Source: the human T2T-CHM13v2.0 reference genome, Homo sapiens
Length of the DNA stretch: 64,000 nucleotides
NCBI RefSeq assembly: GCF_009914755.1
Contig: NC_060927.1
Reading direction: 5' to 3' (one strand)
The translations under genes and the position numbers were made by a program. Shown here piece after piece: positions 13,886 through 26,945 of this stretch; within the stretch, counting starts at the first letter, position 1, and each line of letters opens with the position of its first letter. A model generated the notes under the pieces. It made no database searches, was not told the DNA's origin, and saw only the letters and a list, made by a program, of their open reading frames with translations.

Positions 13886-16174
13886 CCAAAAGGCTTCAGC
13901 CCTCCTTTTCCCCAAACCCCAAGGGTTGAGAAGAAACAACATCTTGCTAGATGGTAAGAGCCAGTGTGAAAAATCTCAGCCTCCTAACACATCTGGTTAA
14001 AAAACCCATGCACTCATTTGTGCACTCTTGCTGCAGCAGCGGCAGCTGGAAAATCCTTATTTGTCAGAGGCTACTTACCCATAGAGCCTCATAATGCTTT
14101 TTATAGTGAAACATCGACTCAGTGTTTTAGCCATATGCTGACAGAAATATGGAGTGTTGAATTAATGTACACTGACACAATATCATATATGAGTAGGTGA
14201 CAGATAAAGTAGGACGGCTAGTAGAAAGAAAATGTTAATGAGAGTAGGTTGTTTTTATACCATTCAAAGATACAAGATTAAGAAAGCAGAAATCACTTGT
14301 TCACAGAAGAAGGAAAGAGGAGACTGGCTGCCACGGCTTATGAACAGCACAAAAGCACCACTCTTGTTGGTAAACCATGAAACCAGGCCCCTTCTTGCTG
14401 GAGGAGGAAAGAAGAGAGCCTGCCCCTGCAAAGGGATACCCACCCAGTCCATGTGCAAACAGCCCTGGCCCCAGGTTGAGGTTCCTGCATACACAACACT
14501 TCTCTGAGATCTGTCCCCTGGCCAGTTGGCAGCATCTCCTTCTCTAGGAAGGAACTCTAGTCTAGATGTATCCCCTGCTTCTTCAAGTCTGGGCGTCTGG
14601 GTACCTAGGATGACAGCAGAGTGTACCTGCACTTTAATGAACCCTGACTTCTCTCCACAGCCTACAAGTACCACAGAAAGCATGGACAATGGACTTCATT
14701 CCTAAAGCACTCACTATCCTAAAATGTCCCTCTTAAGTCCCACCCGTGGGCACCAGAACCCTGATAAAGTCTGTGCTCATTGAACTCCTTCATCTTTGCA
14801 TTCTGATAGCATTTATTGTTTGAACCACACACTTTAGAAACCAGTTTTATAAAGACATATTATTCAGTGCTTCTTTACAGATCTTGGCTTTTCTCCTCAA
14901 CCAGACAATGAGACTGTTTAGGGCAGAGGCTCTGTGCTATTCTTTATCTCTTTTCCTCTAGAAAAGCCAATCACTTTGGGCAGAATTGTAGCCCAACTTT
15001 CTCCAAGTCCACAAGCTCCCTGGAGTCAAGAAGAAAAGGTCCTCCGAGTTTATGTAGTCAGTCAGTTACCAACATTTTAAAGTGTCACAAATAAGGAACA
15101 TCACACCAAATGCTGTGAAGTCCCTGTCCTTGCAGAGTGTTCAACATAACTCTTATATAGCACATGCATGGCATACAGTTGATAGCATGATGTTTGTGAG
15201 AGAAGAAAGAAGAGAGGGGACAGAAGGAAGGAGGAAACAGCCTCAGGAGTACTCAAACCAAGGAACATTAGAAAGATGAGCCTTACCTTCCTGAACTGAT
15301 TCTCATTTTATTATCCACATTGAAAATAAGAGAAAACTCCAGTCCCTTACTCTATTACTCCCTTATTATGTGTTCATGCCACAGACACCTAAGGCATTGC
15401 TCTAGGACTTGTAGGAGTTATTATAAAGATAAATAAAATATGATTTTGCCCTTAAAATATTAAAATATCTTAACCTACCAGCCCCTTCCCTTCTGCCAAA
15501 TCCTGCCATCTTAATTTCCAGTAAGAATAAGGTATAACAAGTATTTACTAAATTTTTTATATGAAGTCTGCATTTCATAACCAATTTCCCTTGCATCTTA
15601 CTGATGGTCATTCCACATGAGGCTGAAGCATTTTCTTAAAGTGGCTTTTCTTAGAGAAATAAAAAATAGGGACTTACTTTTTTAAAAAGCTTAAATAAAG
15701 CAGATTTCAGAATGTTTTTTAAAACACAAAAGTGTTTTAAAGGAGATTTTAATCTCTTTGGCTGTGTTCAACACTATAATTGTGTCCAGACACCATCACA
15801 CAGAGTTCCCTGCTGCTTGGCACAACTCTGGCCAGATCGCTTTAGACTCCATTCCTATAGGAGCAGAGCTTCCCCAGAGTTGCACAATGCAGCAAGCACA
15901 GCTATATACATATGCCTAATTAGACTATTACAAAGGTCTATATTTAAGTGCTACATGATGTTGGAAGAATTTAGGAGTCTAAAGCAAATGTAGTTACCAC
16001 ATGAAGATTGTAGGAGAACTGAGTTTTGCAGTTCTTTCACTCTCACTGCATTGAGTGGCTACCAAGAATAATCTAGATTCATGAGGCATCGCCAATTCTC
16101 TAAAATAAGAAGATATAGCCTCAAACCATGTAATATTATATAATATCATATTTCAAACTGGTAAGTGTATCAGG

Positions 16175-16716
16175 TCCTATTGATCGCCAGCCCAATGTCT
16201 ATCCTTGTTTACCCCACAAAGCTCTGGTTTATTTGCTGTCCACCCCTCCACACATAGCCATATGCTCAGGGGAAGTTGAACTCACTCCAGCTCCGGGGAT
16301 GTTCTCACTCTCCCTGCTGATAACCGGTTTGGAATGGGTATGTGACCCTATTCCTGTCAATAAGAAGTGAAGGGAATTTGCTAGGGAGCTTCTTAGAAAG
16401 GTTTTCACATCCTACAGGAGAGACACAGAAGAGATGAGCTCTCTTCTTTTCCAGCATATTAATGGGCCCGGTTAGGACACCAGGCACTGGCATAGCCACT
16501 TCACTGCCAGCCTGATGTTGAAGTCAGCACTGAAGGTAGCAGAACAGAGAAAAGGAAAGAACCTTGGTTTTTGATGACAACAGTAGGTGCTGAATCAAAT
16601 AGAGTTGAAGACTACTCTTCTCTGGACTTCCAGTTATGGGAGATAATGTCTTTATTGCTTAATTCTGTTTCTGTCAGGGTTTCTGTTACTTGCAACTGAA
16701 TGCATCTTAACAGATA
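16175..16716 (+). mobile_element. Ancient ERVL solo LTR, LTR33-like
   Basis: ggtttggaatgggtatgtgaccc...ctctggacttccagttatgggagataat...ttctgttacttgcaactgaatgcatcttaacagata. Confidence 0.55.
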
Positions 16717-18087
16717 GAAAAGCCATTGGTTTTCCTGTCACAAAGCAATGTACAAAGTTTTAAGGGACCCTAAAGAAAAGACCAACTAACCCCACTCCCT
16801 ACAGTATTGGAAAAACTTAATAGAAGAGGTTCTCAAGGATGTGTAAGAGTTCACCAAGTAGAGAAGAGGACATGTTGTTTTAGGGAGAGGTATACAGAAA
16901 TCAAGGAGCCCAGCATCAATGACGCACATCAAGCAGTTTGCGATGGGCACTTAGGGCAGTGCAGGCAAAGGGCTTTGGCACAGCAGAGGACTGGAGAGTG
17001 TTCAGGAGGGAGAGGGTGTTGGCAAGGTGGTCGGCAAGGTGGTCTTGAGGAAGAATCGAGCGAGTTCCTTGTTGGGAGGCAGATTTGCTCTGTTTTAGAG
17101 CAGAGGAAACAGCATTTAGAGATAATTATTTGAAGACAGAAAAGAGAATTGAGGGACAGAGAGGACATGGAGAGGAAGTTAACATCATATTTAGTCTATA
17201 TTTACATAAGGGACAATTTAGAACATCTGAGTTCAGGAATTCCAAGATGAAAGGAATAACGCTCAAGGAAGAATGTTCTTTACCATCATTAGAACTTTGT
17301 ACAATGCAAGACTTTAAGGCAGGGAATCTGTGACATTATTATTTCAGTCACTCAGATTAAAAAATTATGAACTAGGGATTCAAATGTGAGCATAAAGAAG
17401 AAGGAAATAGTCTGAATAATAATTTAAGGAAACCAAATCAGTGAATAACATTTAACTGTAAGATAGTATTCACAAAGATCAGATTTTAACTGCATCTACA
17501 AAATTTTTAACTTTTTATTTGATATTTATCCCTTCCCATTTTATAAAAGTCTCTTTTAGAACATGAATTTAGAGAGATAATATGGGTTTGAACTTCAAAT
17601 ATCTAAATGCATTTCCTAACGTTTTCCCTTTTAGCAATTTAGTTTTGCTCTGAGAATAGTCAGAGATGGAACAAAAAGTAAAAACATGATGTAGTAACAA
17701 CGTACAATGCCTTCTGTTTTTGGTGGGGGAGTTTGTTCTTTCTCTGTTCTCCCACCAACCTTTTAAATTAAAAAAACTAAGGAAACTATAGGTCTTGCTA
17801 AAAAGTCACAATTTATTGCTCCATACTAGCTCACCATCAACTTGTTTTGGTGAAGAGTCCCAGAATGATTTCAGAACAGGTCTGGGACACCTGCCAATTA
17901 AGAGAACCTCATTAAATTCCAAAGTGGAAAGTAGTCCATGAAGCTAATTAACCTTGTGATGCCTTGTTCAAAGTTTCCCTCTTCTCACAGGATAGAGTCA
18001 TATGAAAACTGCCAGAAAGTCCCAAACATCAGATCCTCCATCAGAGTGGGGTGTCTAATGTCCACAATCCATCCTTGGTTCCCAACA

Positions 18088-18245
18088 AACAACACACATA
18101 CACACACACACACACACACATCACAAGCGCACACATGCACACACATATAGCACATATGTAAACATACATGCACATACATAGACACAACACACATGCAAGC
18201 ACATACAAACACAACACATACACATATACACAATGTACACACTTC
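18088..18245. repeat. Degenerate (CA)n/(CATA)n tract, about 155 bp
   Basis: Seen directly; it produces the V/C-rich spurious ORFs at 17985-18341. Confidence 0.9.
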
Positions 18246-18639
18246 ACAAAACTCTGGGATTTCTAACAGTATAATAGATAACTTTTCTTTAGAAACTATC
18301 TCAGCCATCAGCTTATATATAGCTAACATCCTTCCTTGCAATCATCTTAGGAAGTTGACAGAAGAAACATAGAAATAGAGATGTCTAACTAGACGTATAC
18401 TGAATAAACAAATGGTTTCTTACTTTGTAATGTTTATACAACACACTTTATTTTTTTCTCGAACCAGAGATGGAGACATTACAAAGTGTTATAGACGGTG
18501 AAAGAAGGACTCTTTAGTAAAGGGAGATGGTCTTCCAACCCTCCCCCTTTCACCATAGGAGAGTAATGGGATAAGAAAGAAATAAGAGAAAACAGAGGAA
18601 ATGAAACTAGGCACTATATTTCAAGTTTATTTTCCTAGC

Positions 18640-18815
18640 AAAGTATTTCTCAAACTTCAGTGCATCAGAACCTCCTGGAAAGTTTGTTAAAACACAGTTT
18701 ACCGGGCCGCACCCACCCCAGAGTTTCTGATTCCCTAGGTCTGGGCTGTGAACTACATATTTGCATTTCTAACAAGCTGCTGATGGTGCTGGTCAGGAAA
18801 CACACTGAGAAGCAT
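18640..18815. mobile_element. MER5A (hAT-Charlie) relic
   Basis: ttctcaaacttcagtgcatcagaa...ccccagagtttctgattc...ttgcatttctaacaag...gatggtgctggtc. Confidence 0.75.
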
Positions 18816-19439
18816 TGTCATATAAGATAGTAATAAGATAGTAGTTCCTACCAACATAAGTCCTCACAGTCTTGAAATTCCATCAAAACCCATACCATCT
18901 TGGGCTCATGCACACAGATTTCAGAACTTGGAAAACCCAGAAGCATTATGGGTTAATGGTTCTACCTTCAGTATCTTCCAAAAATTAAATTCAGTTTAAC
19001 TAACATATGATGAAAGCCTATTTTGCATGATTCATATAAATTCACAGTCCCTTCTCAAACTATTTATAGTACCTGTCCCACCCATTGTTTCAACCATAGG
19101 CATTTAAAACCAGAAAGACCATGAACTTGCAACATGACTATCCCTCAAGCTGGGACAATGTTTCCAGGTAGGCTTGGAATATTTCAACTCCAGCTACTTA
19201 ATATGGATGTATTTTCATAGTTTTGCCCCCATTCTGTTTCCCACAGTGGGCTTTTTGCTATAGACAGTGGAACATTTCAGAGGCTTCAAGGTAGAGAAGA
19301 AACTTAACTACTTTTACCTTCAATCATTCCCTACCCTGACTTCATGGGACAGTTGCATATCAAGAGCAGACTTGGATGAGAGAACGACTGCAGCCAGAAT
19401 TTGAGAGTGCACGCTTTCAAAAGAGTGTTCTTGCCAATT

Positions 19440-20060
19440 ATTCTGGGCAGAGTTGGTTAAGTCATAAGTTTTCTGAGTTTCTGTTTCCTTATATGCAAAC
19501 TAAAGATGATCTTGCCTATTTAGCATGGTTGTTGTGAGGATTAGTGATAATGCATATAGTTACATATCTCAATCTCTACCTCTCTTCTGTAAACTTCCTA
19601 AGGTACCATCATCTGGCACGGAGCCAGATAATAATTAAAAAACAGCAATTATTCTAGGACTACATAAGCGATAGAGGTGAAAGAACAGAGGTTATATAGT
19701 CCTGAAGTTGAGTACAGCCCTGTTGATTATCAGCAAGTTACCTTCTCTCTCTCAGTGTTGGTTTCCTTATCTGTAATATGAAAATGATAACACACCCCCT
19801 ACACATACACACACGCACACACACACACAAACACACCTACGTTTAAGATAGCAGATGACCACATGAAGCCAAACTGCTAAGGTTTGAGACCTAGCCCTGG
19901 CATTTAGTACATGTGCAACTTCAGGCAAGTTACTTAATGTTTTATTACCTCAGTTTTCCTACCTAAAAAATGGTTGTTGTGAGGATTAAATGCGTTAATA
20001 TATGTAAAGTGCTTATAATAGCATAGTTTATATCAGGAATGCTATTTGTGTTAGCTATTT
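19440..20060 (+). mobile_element. Cluster of MIR relics with a (CA)n tract at about 19800-19836
   Basis: Repeated MIR core motifs such as ggcaagttacttaa...cctcagttttc...gttgtgaggattaaatg. Confidence 0.7.
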
Positions 20061-20359
20061 TTATTTTTGTATATCAACTTTTTGACATAATAGATGTTTA
20101 ACAAACATCAGCTCTCCATATCCCCACTTCATTAACTATGTAACATTAATTCAATGTAGATGGTATATGATATCTACATAAATAATTTGAATCATAAATC
20201 TATTTTCTTGATATGCACATTCATTAGCCTTTCAAACACTGAGGGGGGAGTCCTTCGAGGCACCACAGTAGTTTGCAGTAAAGTTTCATCTATATCTTCT
20301 TTGAGATTCAGAATATAGTTTATTCATTTATTTAGTTTACTTATCCAAAATATAGAGGC

Positions 20360-20705
<346 letters not shown>

Positions 20706-20724
20706 TAAAAACATACAGAGTGCA

Positions 20725-21046
20725 GGCCGGGCGCGGTGGCTCACGCCTGTAATCCCAGCACTTTGGGAGGCTGAGGCAGGCAGATCACGAGGTCAGGAGA
20801 TCAAGACCATCCTGGCTAACACAGTGAAACCCCATCTCTACTAAAAACACAAAAAAGTTAGCCAGGCGTGGTGGTGGGCGCCTGTAGTCCCAACTACTCA
20901 GGAGGCTGAGGCAGGAGAATGGCGTGAACCTGGGAGGCGGAGCTGGCAGTGAGCCGAGATTGTGCCACTGTACTCTAGCCTGGGTGACAGAGCGAGACTC
21001 CGTCTCAAAAAAGCAAACAAACAAACAAAAACCCCAAAAAACATAA
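20725..21046 (+). mobile_element. Full-length AluY-type element with 18-bp TSD
   Basis: Diagnostic gagatcaagaccatcctggctaacac and gaatggcgtgaacc; TSD aaaaacatacagagtgca at 20707-20724 and 21047-21064. Confidence 0.95.
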
Positions 21047-23327
21047 AAAAACATACAGAGTGCAGTATGACTTTCATTCTTCCATTATTTTCCCTGTCTC
21101 TGGCAAATGTATTAACACATGGAAAACATTGTACAACTCTCTGAAGTTCCTTAAAAATCAAGTTTTTTACACCAAAAGGGAGAAGAAGTTTAGTATGCTG
21201 GGCTCCTAACCGTGATTACCTTTCCTGCAGATCCCTTAAAATTAAACCAGAGCTACTCTTGTTTTCATAAAAAATGCTTCTGCAAACTGTGGAATACATA
21301 GCCAGTCCTCACTATTAACTTGTTCTCCTCACCTTTCTGACAGGAATTCAACAGAATTTACTGAGCACTCCTTGCAAAATCAGAGCAGAAGCAGGAAGTA
21401 CTAACAGTGCTGAAATAACACTAACTAAAATCTTGTCTGAGAGAACAGACTGGATATCATTATAGGCTGCCATGTTCTGGAAGGAAAGCTTCTGGTTTGG
21501 GCTGGAGTGGCTGAAAGATGCCTGATGGTTGAACTCAGTCTTGGCCTGAATTTTGAAGGACTTTTGCAGCTGGAAGGGAGACATGTGATATCTGTTCCTT
21601 TCTTCCCCATTTTATAGATGAGAAAAATAAGGCCAGATGTAACATCACTTGCCCAAAATAATGCATCTAGCTACTGAAAAAAAAATCATCAAGATTAAGA
21701 AACTTAAATCTCCAGGGGAGCACATCAATATTTTCTCTATAAAAAAAGCCACAGTGGAATAAGTAGAGCCTTGGAAGGACCTTCAGCCAGCGGGAAGGGG
21801 GTGAAGTAGTAGGAAGCATCTCCCATAGGCCTGGCAGTCAGGGAGGCTGGGCTGTCCTGGAGGAGGGTAAAATGGATCAGGAGGGTGTAGCCAACATGTC
21901 CAACAACCCAATTTAATCCTGAGGAACCTGCAGGGAGTGCTAGGAAGAAATTAATGCCTGCAGAAGATTTTTCAGAAAAGATAATTTTTCAATCCTTGAT
22001 GATTCACTATGTAATTGTATTTTCTTTAAATCTTGAAAAACTTGGTGTTGAGTGAATTAAATTTGTCCTACTTAACTGTTAAGCACATTCTTAAAGAATC
22101 TGAAAACGCTTTAATATGATATAGTTTAATGAATTCAAAATGTAAACTTAGTGCCTTGAAATTTGTTATGTGCCCACTAAACAGTGGCCACAATTTTTAC
22201 ATGAATTCAGACTAACTTCTATGGGAAGGCCAGGAAGTCAAAGGCAGAATTCTAAGAGGTTTAAATTGCTCTGTCCCTAAGCTCAGATCCCAGCCCTCAA
22301 ATGCACAGGATTATAAATGTCCTGTAAAGTATGGCAGCCCCCAGTGATATATAATGGAATTCTTAATGCTGTCAGGGAGCAAGGAGCAAATTTCTTTTAT
22401 GAGCACTGAACAGGGGATACAGGCCCTAAGTGAGTGGTACTAAGTGCACCAGCTGCTGTCAATCAATATTTTAACCGCTAATTGTCATTTATGCTTCCAG
22501 TCCAATTTAAATGAGTATCATTATGGCTTATATTTTAAACCAGTTATGGATTCTAATCCTTCAATTTTGAAATGAGAACCATCGAATATCATAATAGATT
22601 ACCCATTACTGTTCCTGGTGAAGCAAAAATATGGTTATAAAGCTGCCACTAATTTTTATAAGCTTCCTATGACCCTTAATAATAAGAAAAACCTATTTTT
22701 TATATAATGGATTATTTATACTATTTGGAGTATCATATGAATCTCTGATTGACACAGAGTCTAGCCAAATGCCACACAATTTTTCTTGGTCTCTACAAGT
22801 GTTCATATGATATTTTAAGATTAGCAACTTGAAAATTATTTCTAACAAGAAATATAAAAGAACATTAAACATTCTGCTTGATCACTTTTCTCTGCAATTT
22901 TTAAACTGCTTGTTTTCTAAGCCCCTGTTCTCTAGAATTTTTAAATTGGACTCTCAGGTACATTGATAAAATAGACTCAACTCTATCGAGTCTTCTAAAG
23001 AACATTTGACACATGTCAAAGGAATACTGGCAGAAAAGCAGATGGCAGAATAGGCTGAAGTATTATAGGAAATTTGATGCTGGGGAAAAACATTTATCAT
23101 TCTTGATACAGGACAAGTAATACATTATACAAATAGTGAGAGCAAGAACAGTACTCGGTGGAGTAGGGGAGTTGCTAGCCAAATTCATTGATAAGCATTA
23201 GGTGCAGGTCCACTAAATCTTAAAATATATTTCATTACAAGCATATGTGTCTGTAGCACGGAGATGACTGTTACAGTCTACTCTCAAATGTTCACTTCCT
23301 TAAGAACAAGAAATTTTAAAAGTTTAA

Positions 23328-23336
23328 CTTTCTTTC

Positions 23337-23415
<79 letters not shown>
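23328..23415. repeat. (TTTC)n tetranucleotide STR, about 20 units, forming the tail of a truncated antisense Alu fragment (to about 23482)
   Basis: Near-pure tttc array followed by gacacagtctcactctgtcacctaggct. Confidence 0.95.
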
Positions 23416-25196
23416 GACACAGTCTCACTCTGTCACCTAGGCTCGAGTGAAGGCTGGAGTGAAGTGGCACAATCATAGCTCAAAAAGCTTAAGTTTTAAA
23501 CATAGTTTTGTTTCTTTTCTTCCCCATTAGTTATCACCATGCCCCCCTGCTCTTGCAAAAGCTAAGAGTTTAATCCTTTAATGGAAAGGGGGATTGTACA
23601 ATGTGGGATGCTGAAAATTCACTCTTTTAGACCTCCTGGAAAAGAGAATCTGGCTAATCCTGAAAGCTTAACCATATGAGGATGCATCTAGATCCCACAG
23701 ACACATCCTTTCTCCAGGAAAATTATTGCAATAATTTACTTATTTTTAAATATCTTAGCATCTCTTATTAAAGAGATGGAGGTTGAATCCCACCTCAACA
23801 GCTAACTAATTACACGACTTTTATCTCTCTAAGTCTTCATTTGTTTGTCTGCAAAATGAGAATGCTGGATTTATGTTCTTTAAGGCTCCTTCCCCATCTA
23901 TGATTCCAAGTTCATTTATAGCTGTTGGACAATTAATTCACTTGGCATTTCCTTTCCCCTATCATTAAAAAGTGTTTACTACAGTATCCCATCATGTTCC
24001 TCTGGTGTAGTTTCAGACTATTTTATTACATTACTGATAGAAAGTTCCTAATAAGCATTTAAGATATAACATTTAGGACATCCCTGAAGAAGAAATGTGA
24101 CAAGTCATGAATGCCACCCATATGGAGTACTTTCAGAAAACACAGGGAGAGTTCTTTCAGGTGAACGTGAACCTTAGTAAGACATGCAGATGAGTGAAAG
24201 CACATGGACCAGTCATGAGTGGCTATTCAGTTTTGGAAAGTCCCTTCACTTCTCTGGGATTCAGCTTCTGCCTCTCTAAAATAAAGGGGATAGAGAAGAT
24301 AACCTCTAAAATTCTTTGACATCCTAACAATTATGATTCTATGCCAAGAAAAAGTTAAACATCACTAAAATATGTCTTTTCATTGATCTATATAGTTCAA
24401 GATAACTGAAAGATACTCAAAATTTCTAGTAAGAGAATACATATATATGCATATCTCCATAATTTTTATAATCCTTTTACATTGCACTGGTTCAGAATTT
24501 GCTTTCAATAACTTTTACTTTAAAAAACTCATGAAAGAAGAATAGGAATCAGAGAACCGAACTTAATTCCACTCATAAACTTTAAGCCTTTATCTGCCTT
24601 AAGAACAGCAATTTAGAGAAATGCTACCTCAATAGCAGTGGTCAATGAACTACTATTTTATTATTTCAAGCACAATTTAAAAATATTTCAGAGAGTTTTG
24701 CAGGATTAAAGGTAACCTGGAATTTTTCAGATTCAAAAGTAAGAGTTACTGTATGTATTGTGAATGCAAAACATGACTGAATTTTAGTAGGTTATCAAAA
24801 CTTTTACGAAAACAATATCCCCACCATTGAACTTGGTAAATGAGTCATAGTTCAATCAAATTCAGGGATGTGAAGAAATCTTTCCCTCTAATAAAGGTTG
24901 GCAATCTATTAAATCTGGGTAGTTTTGCTAAAGCACATATGTCCCTTTAATATGATATCAAGAATTACATTGTTTCTGGCTTCTCAGATTCTATTCCATA
25001 TCCTTGCAGATTACTTATTAGTCAAGTCAAGAGAAAAATTCTGTTCATGATGGAGATAGGCAAATGACAGGAACCTAGGGCTTCACATCTGATGGCATCC
25101 CCTCCTTTTTGTTTGGCTATTTCTCTCCCACCTGATTGTGATTTTTTTTTTCTCTTAAATGAGAGTTTTCTTGTGCCCGTTAAGACCCTCAATACT

Positions 25197-25345
25197 GGCT
25201 GGGAATGGTGGCTCATGCCCGTAATGCCAGCATTTTGGGAGGCCAAGGTCAGTGGATCTCTTTAGGCCAGGAGTTGGAGACCAGCCTGGGCAACATAGTG
25301 AGACCCTGTCTCCACTAAATTTTAAAAAATAAATAAAACAATACA
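25197..25345 (+). mobile_element. FLAM/Alu monomer
   Basis: ggctgggaatggtggctcatgcccgtaat...ccagcctgggcaacatagtgagaccctgtctc; TSD aagaccctca(a/g)tac at 25182-25195 and 25559-25572 spans the nested L1. Confidence 0.85.
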
Positions 25346-25356
25346 GCAAAAAAAGG

Positions 25357-25542
25357 TTTTTTTTTTTTGCATTTGGGTTATGTTTTTTTTCTTTTTTTAA
25401 TTATACTTTAAGTTTTAGGGTACATGTGCACAACGTGCAGGTTAGTTACATATGTATACATGTGCCATGTTGGTGTGCTGCACCCATTAACTCGTCATTT
25501 AACATCAGGTATATCTCCTAATGCTGTCCCTCCTCACTCCCA
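25357..25542 (-). mobile_element. Short 5'-truncated primate L1PA 3' end nested in the FLAM tail
   Basis: ttatactttaagttttagggtacatgtgcacaacgtgcaggttagttacatatgtatac... is the L1PA 3' terminus; candidate TSD agcaaaaaa on both sides. Confidence 0.9.
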
Positions 25543-25584
25543 AGCAAAAAATTTTTAAAAGACCCTCAGTACCAAGGAATTTAA

Positions 25585-25720
25585 CTCTGTGCTCTGAATG
25601 GATCAGCATATCAGCCTCCTGAGCCTGAAACTTCCGCCTTATAGCTCAAGTATCTCACAGTGGGATCCACTTAAGGCTTAGGATTCCTTAGGTTCTGAAA
25701 TCACAACTATACACTGTTAA
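25585..25720. repeat. Copy A of a direct repeat flanking SLC9A9 exon 1 (intron 1 side)
   Basis: ctctgtgctctgaatggatcagcatatcagcctcctga-gcctgaaacttccgccttatagctcaagtatctcacagtgggatccacttaaggc... aligns with 27477-27644. Confidence 0.9.
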
Positions 25721-26770
25721 TATCAGGACACCACAGGATTAGCATATACAATGTGCATTGATCTGTACCCTGAATCTCAGGCTTAGGAAAGGGTTTCAGG
25801 ATTTCCAAAATGAGGAAACCCCAAATATAAAAGTATGTTATTTGCTATAAATTATAGCAATGCCTTGCCTGTTGCCATTGTGTTCAAACTTCCTATCCAT
25901 TATCAGGCTGAGATAAGAGCAGTGAAGTAAACTATTTCATCAGTAACACCAGTAAAAACTGGTGTCTTTCATTTTACTTTAAAAGATGAGAGTACAGACA
26001 GATAATCTCTGTCAGACTTTATTAAACTTTCTGAAAGGAATGATACGGTAAGTTGCCCAGAAAGAGCAATACTGCAGGTGTTAAATATTTTTCCACACCT
26101 TGGCCTCCAATACATAAATAGGAGATACATAACAAATAACACTAGCAATGATCATTATAAATTAGAACATCTGAAATCAGGCTAAGAAGTAAAAAGTACT
26201 GCATAAAGAAACTCTCGTTTATTTATAACTTTTTATTATAAGAAAATAAGACACTGTTCGTATAAATAAAAAGGACTTGGACACAATATTCTCTTAAGAG
26301 GGGTGGGGTTAGTTTCTGCAAGTTTTCTTCTTGAAATTAGTTGATATAAGAGGAATTACTCCAGGCATTTTGAAGTGATGTTTTTTCTAGAACTTCGTAA
26401 TGTTCATCGGTGCAGCCAGTGAGAGAAGGCTGCTCTTTGTGACTGCAGAGCCATCACTTCCCAACATCATTACAAAAACAAACAGCTCGCCCTCGACTCC
26501 CCACATGACAATGGACCCGCATCTGTCAACAGACTTGCATTATGTGCCGTGTGAGAACATGACTGTGACATTTGCTCTCGTGACATGGCAAATTTCGGCG
26601 GCTTGTCTGTAAAGAGATTAGCATTCGTTACGCTGCAGCACCTTTCATCAAACTAATGACATTTCAATCAGCACATTTTCTCCAGTTTCGGTACTTTGCT
26701 ATCTGAGCACAAGTCTCTAATTACGCTCAAGCAACAAGTTTCACATCAATCTCACAATTTATGCACTCAC

Positions 26771-26945
26771 CATACACCATTGCTCCTCCAGTTTCATGCA
26801 AGAAGCGGAATCGATGATTTTTAAATAACCAGATTGTCAAAATGGTAAGGATGAGCAAAAAATTGAAGACAAGCAGCTCCACCGCTCCCTGATGTTGAAA
26901 CTGATACTCATCCTTTTCTGACATAACCCTTGACTGTCTCTCCAT
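26771..26945 (-). CDS. SLC9A9: SLC9A9 (NHE9) coding exon 1, 175 nt, MERQSRVMSEKDEYQFQHQGAVELLVFNFLLILTILTIWLFKNHRFRFLHETGGAMVY(G)
   Basis: ATG at 26945-26943. Translation matches the NHE9 N-terminus and first TM region, with the NHE6/7/9 motif TIWLFKxxRxRFLHETG. Ends at the consensus donor TATG|GTGAGT (GT at 26770-26769), phase 1. Confidence 0.97.

Noticed and set aside
14232-14689. Overlapping ORFs on both strands (91, 141 and 65 aa)
   Set aside because: No homology recognised and no convincing splice signals; explained by locally higher GC.
15281-15289. AAG|GTAAGG donor-like motif in intron 1, identical to the exon 2 donor
   Set aside because: No strong paired acceptor; such 9-mers are expected by chance in long introns.
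17985-18341. Cys/Val-rich ORFs
   Set aside because: Translation of a degenerate (TG)n repeat.
26727-26770. ECINCEIDVKLVA tail of the exon 1 ORF
   Set aside because: Intron read-through after the GTGAGT donor.
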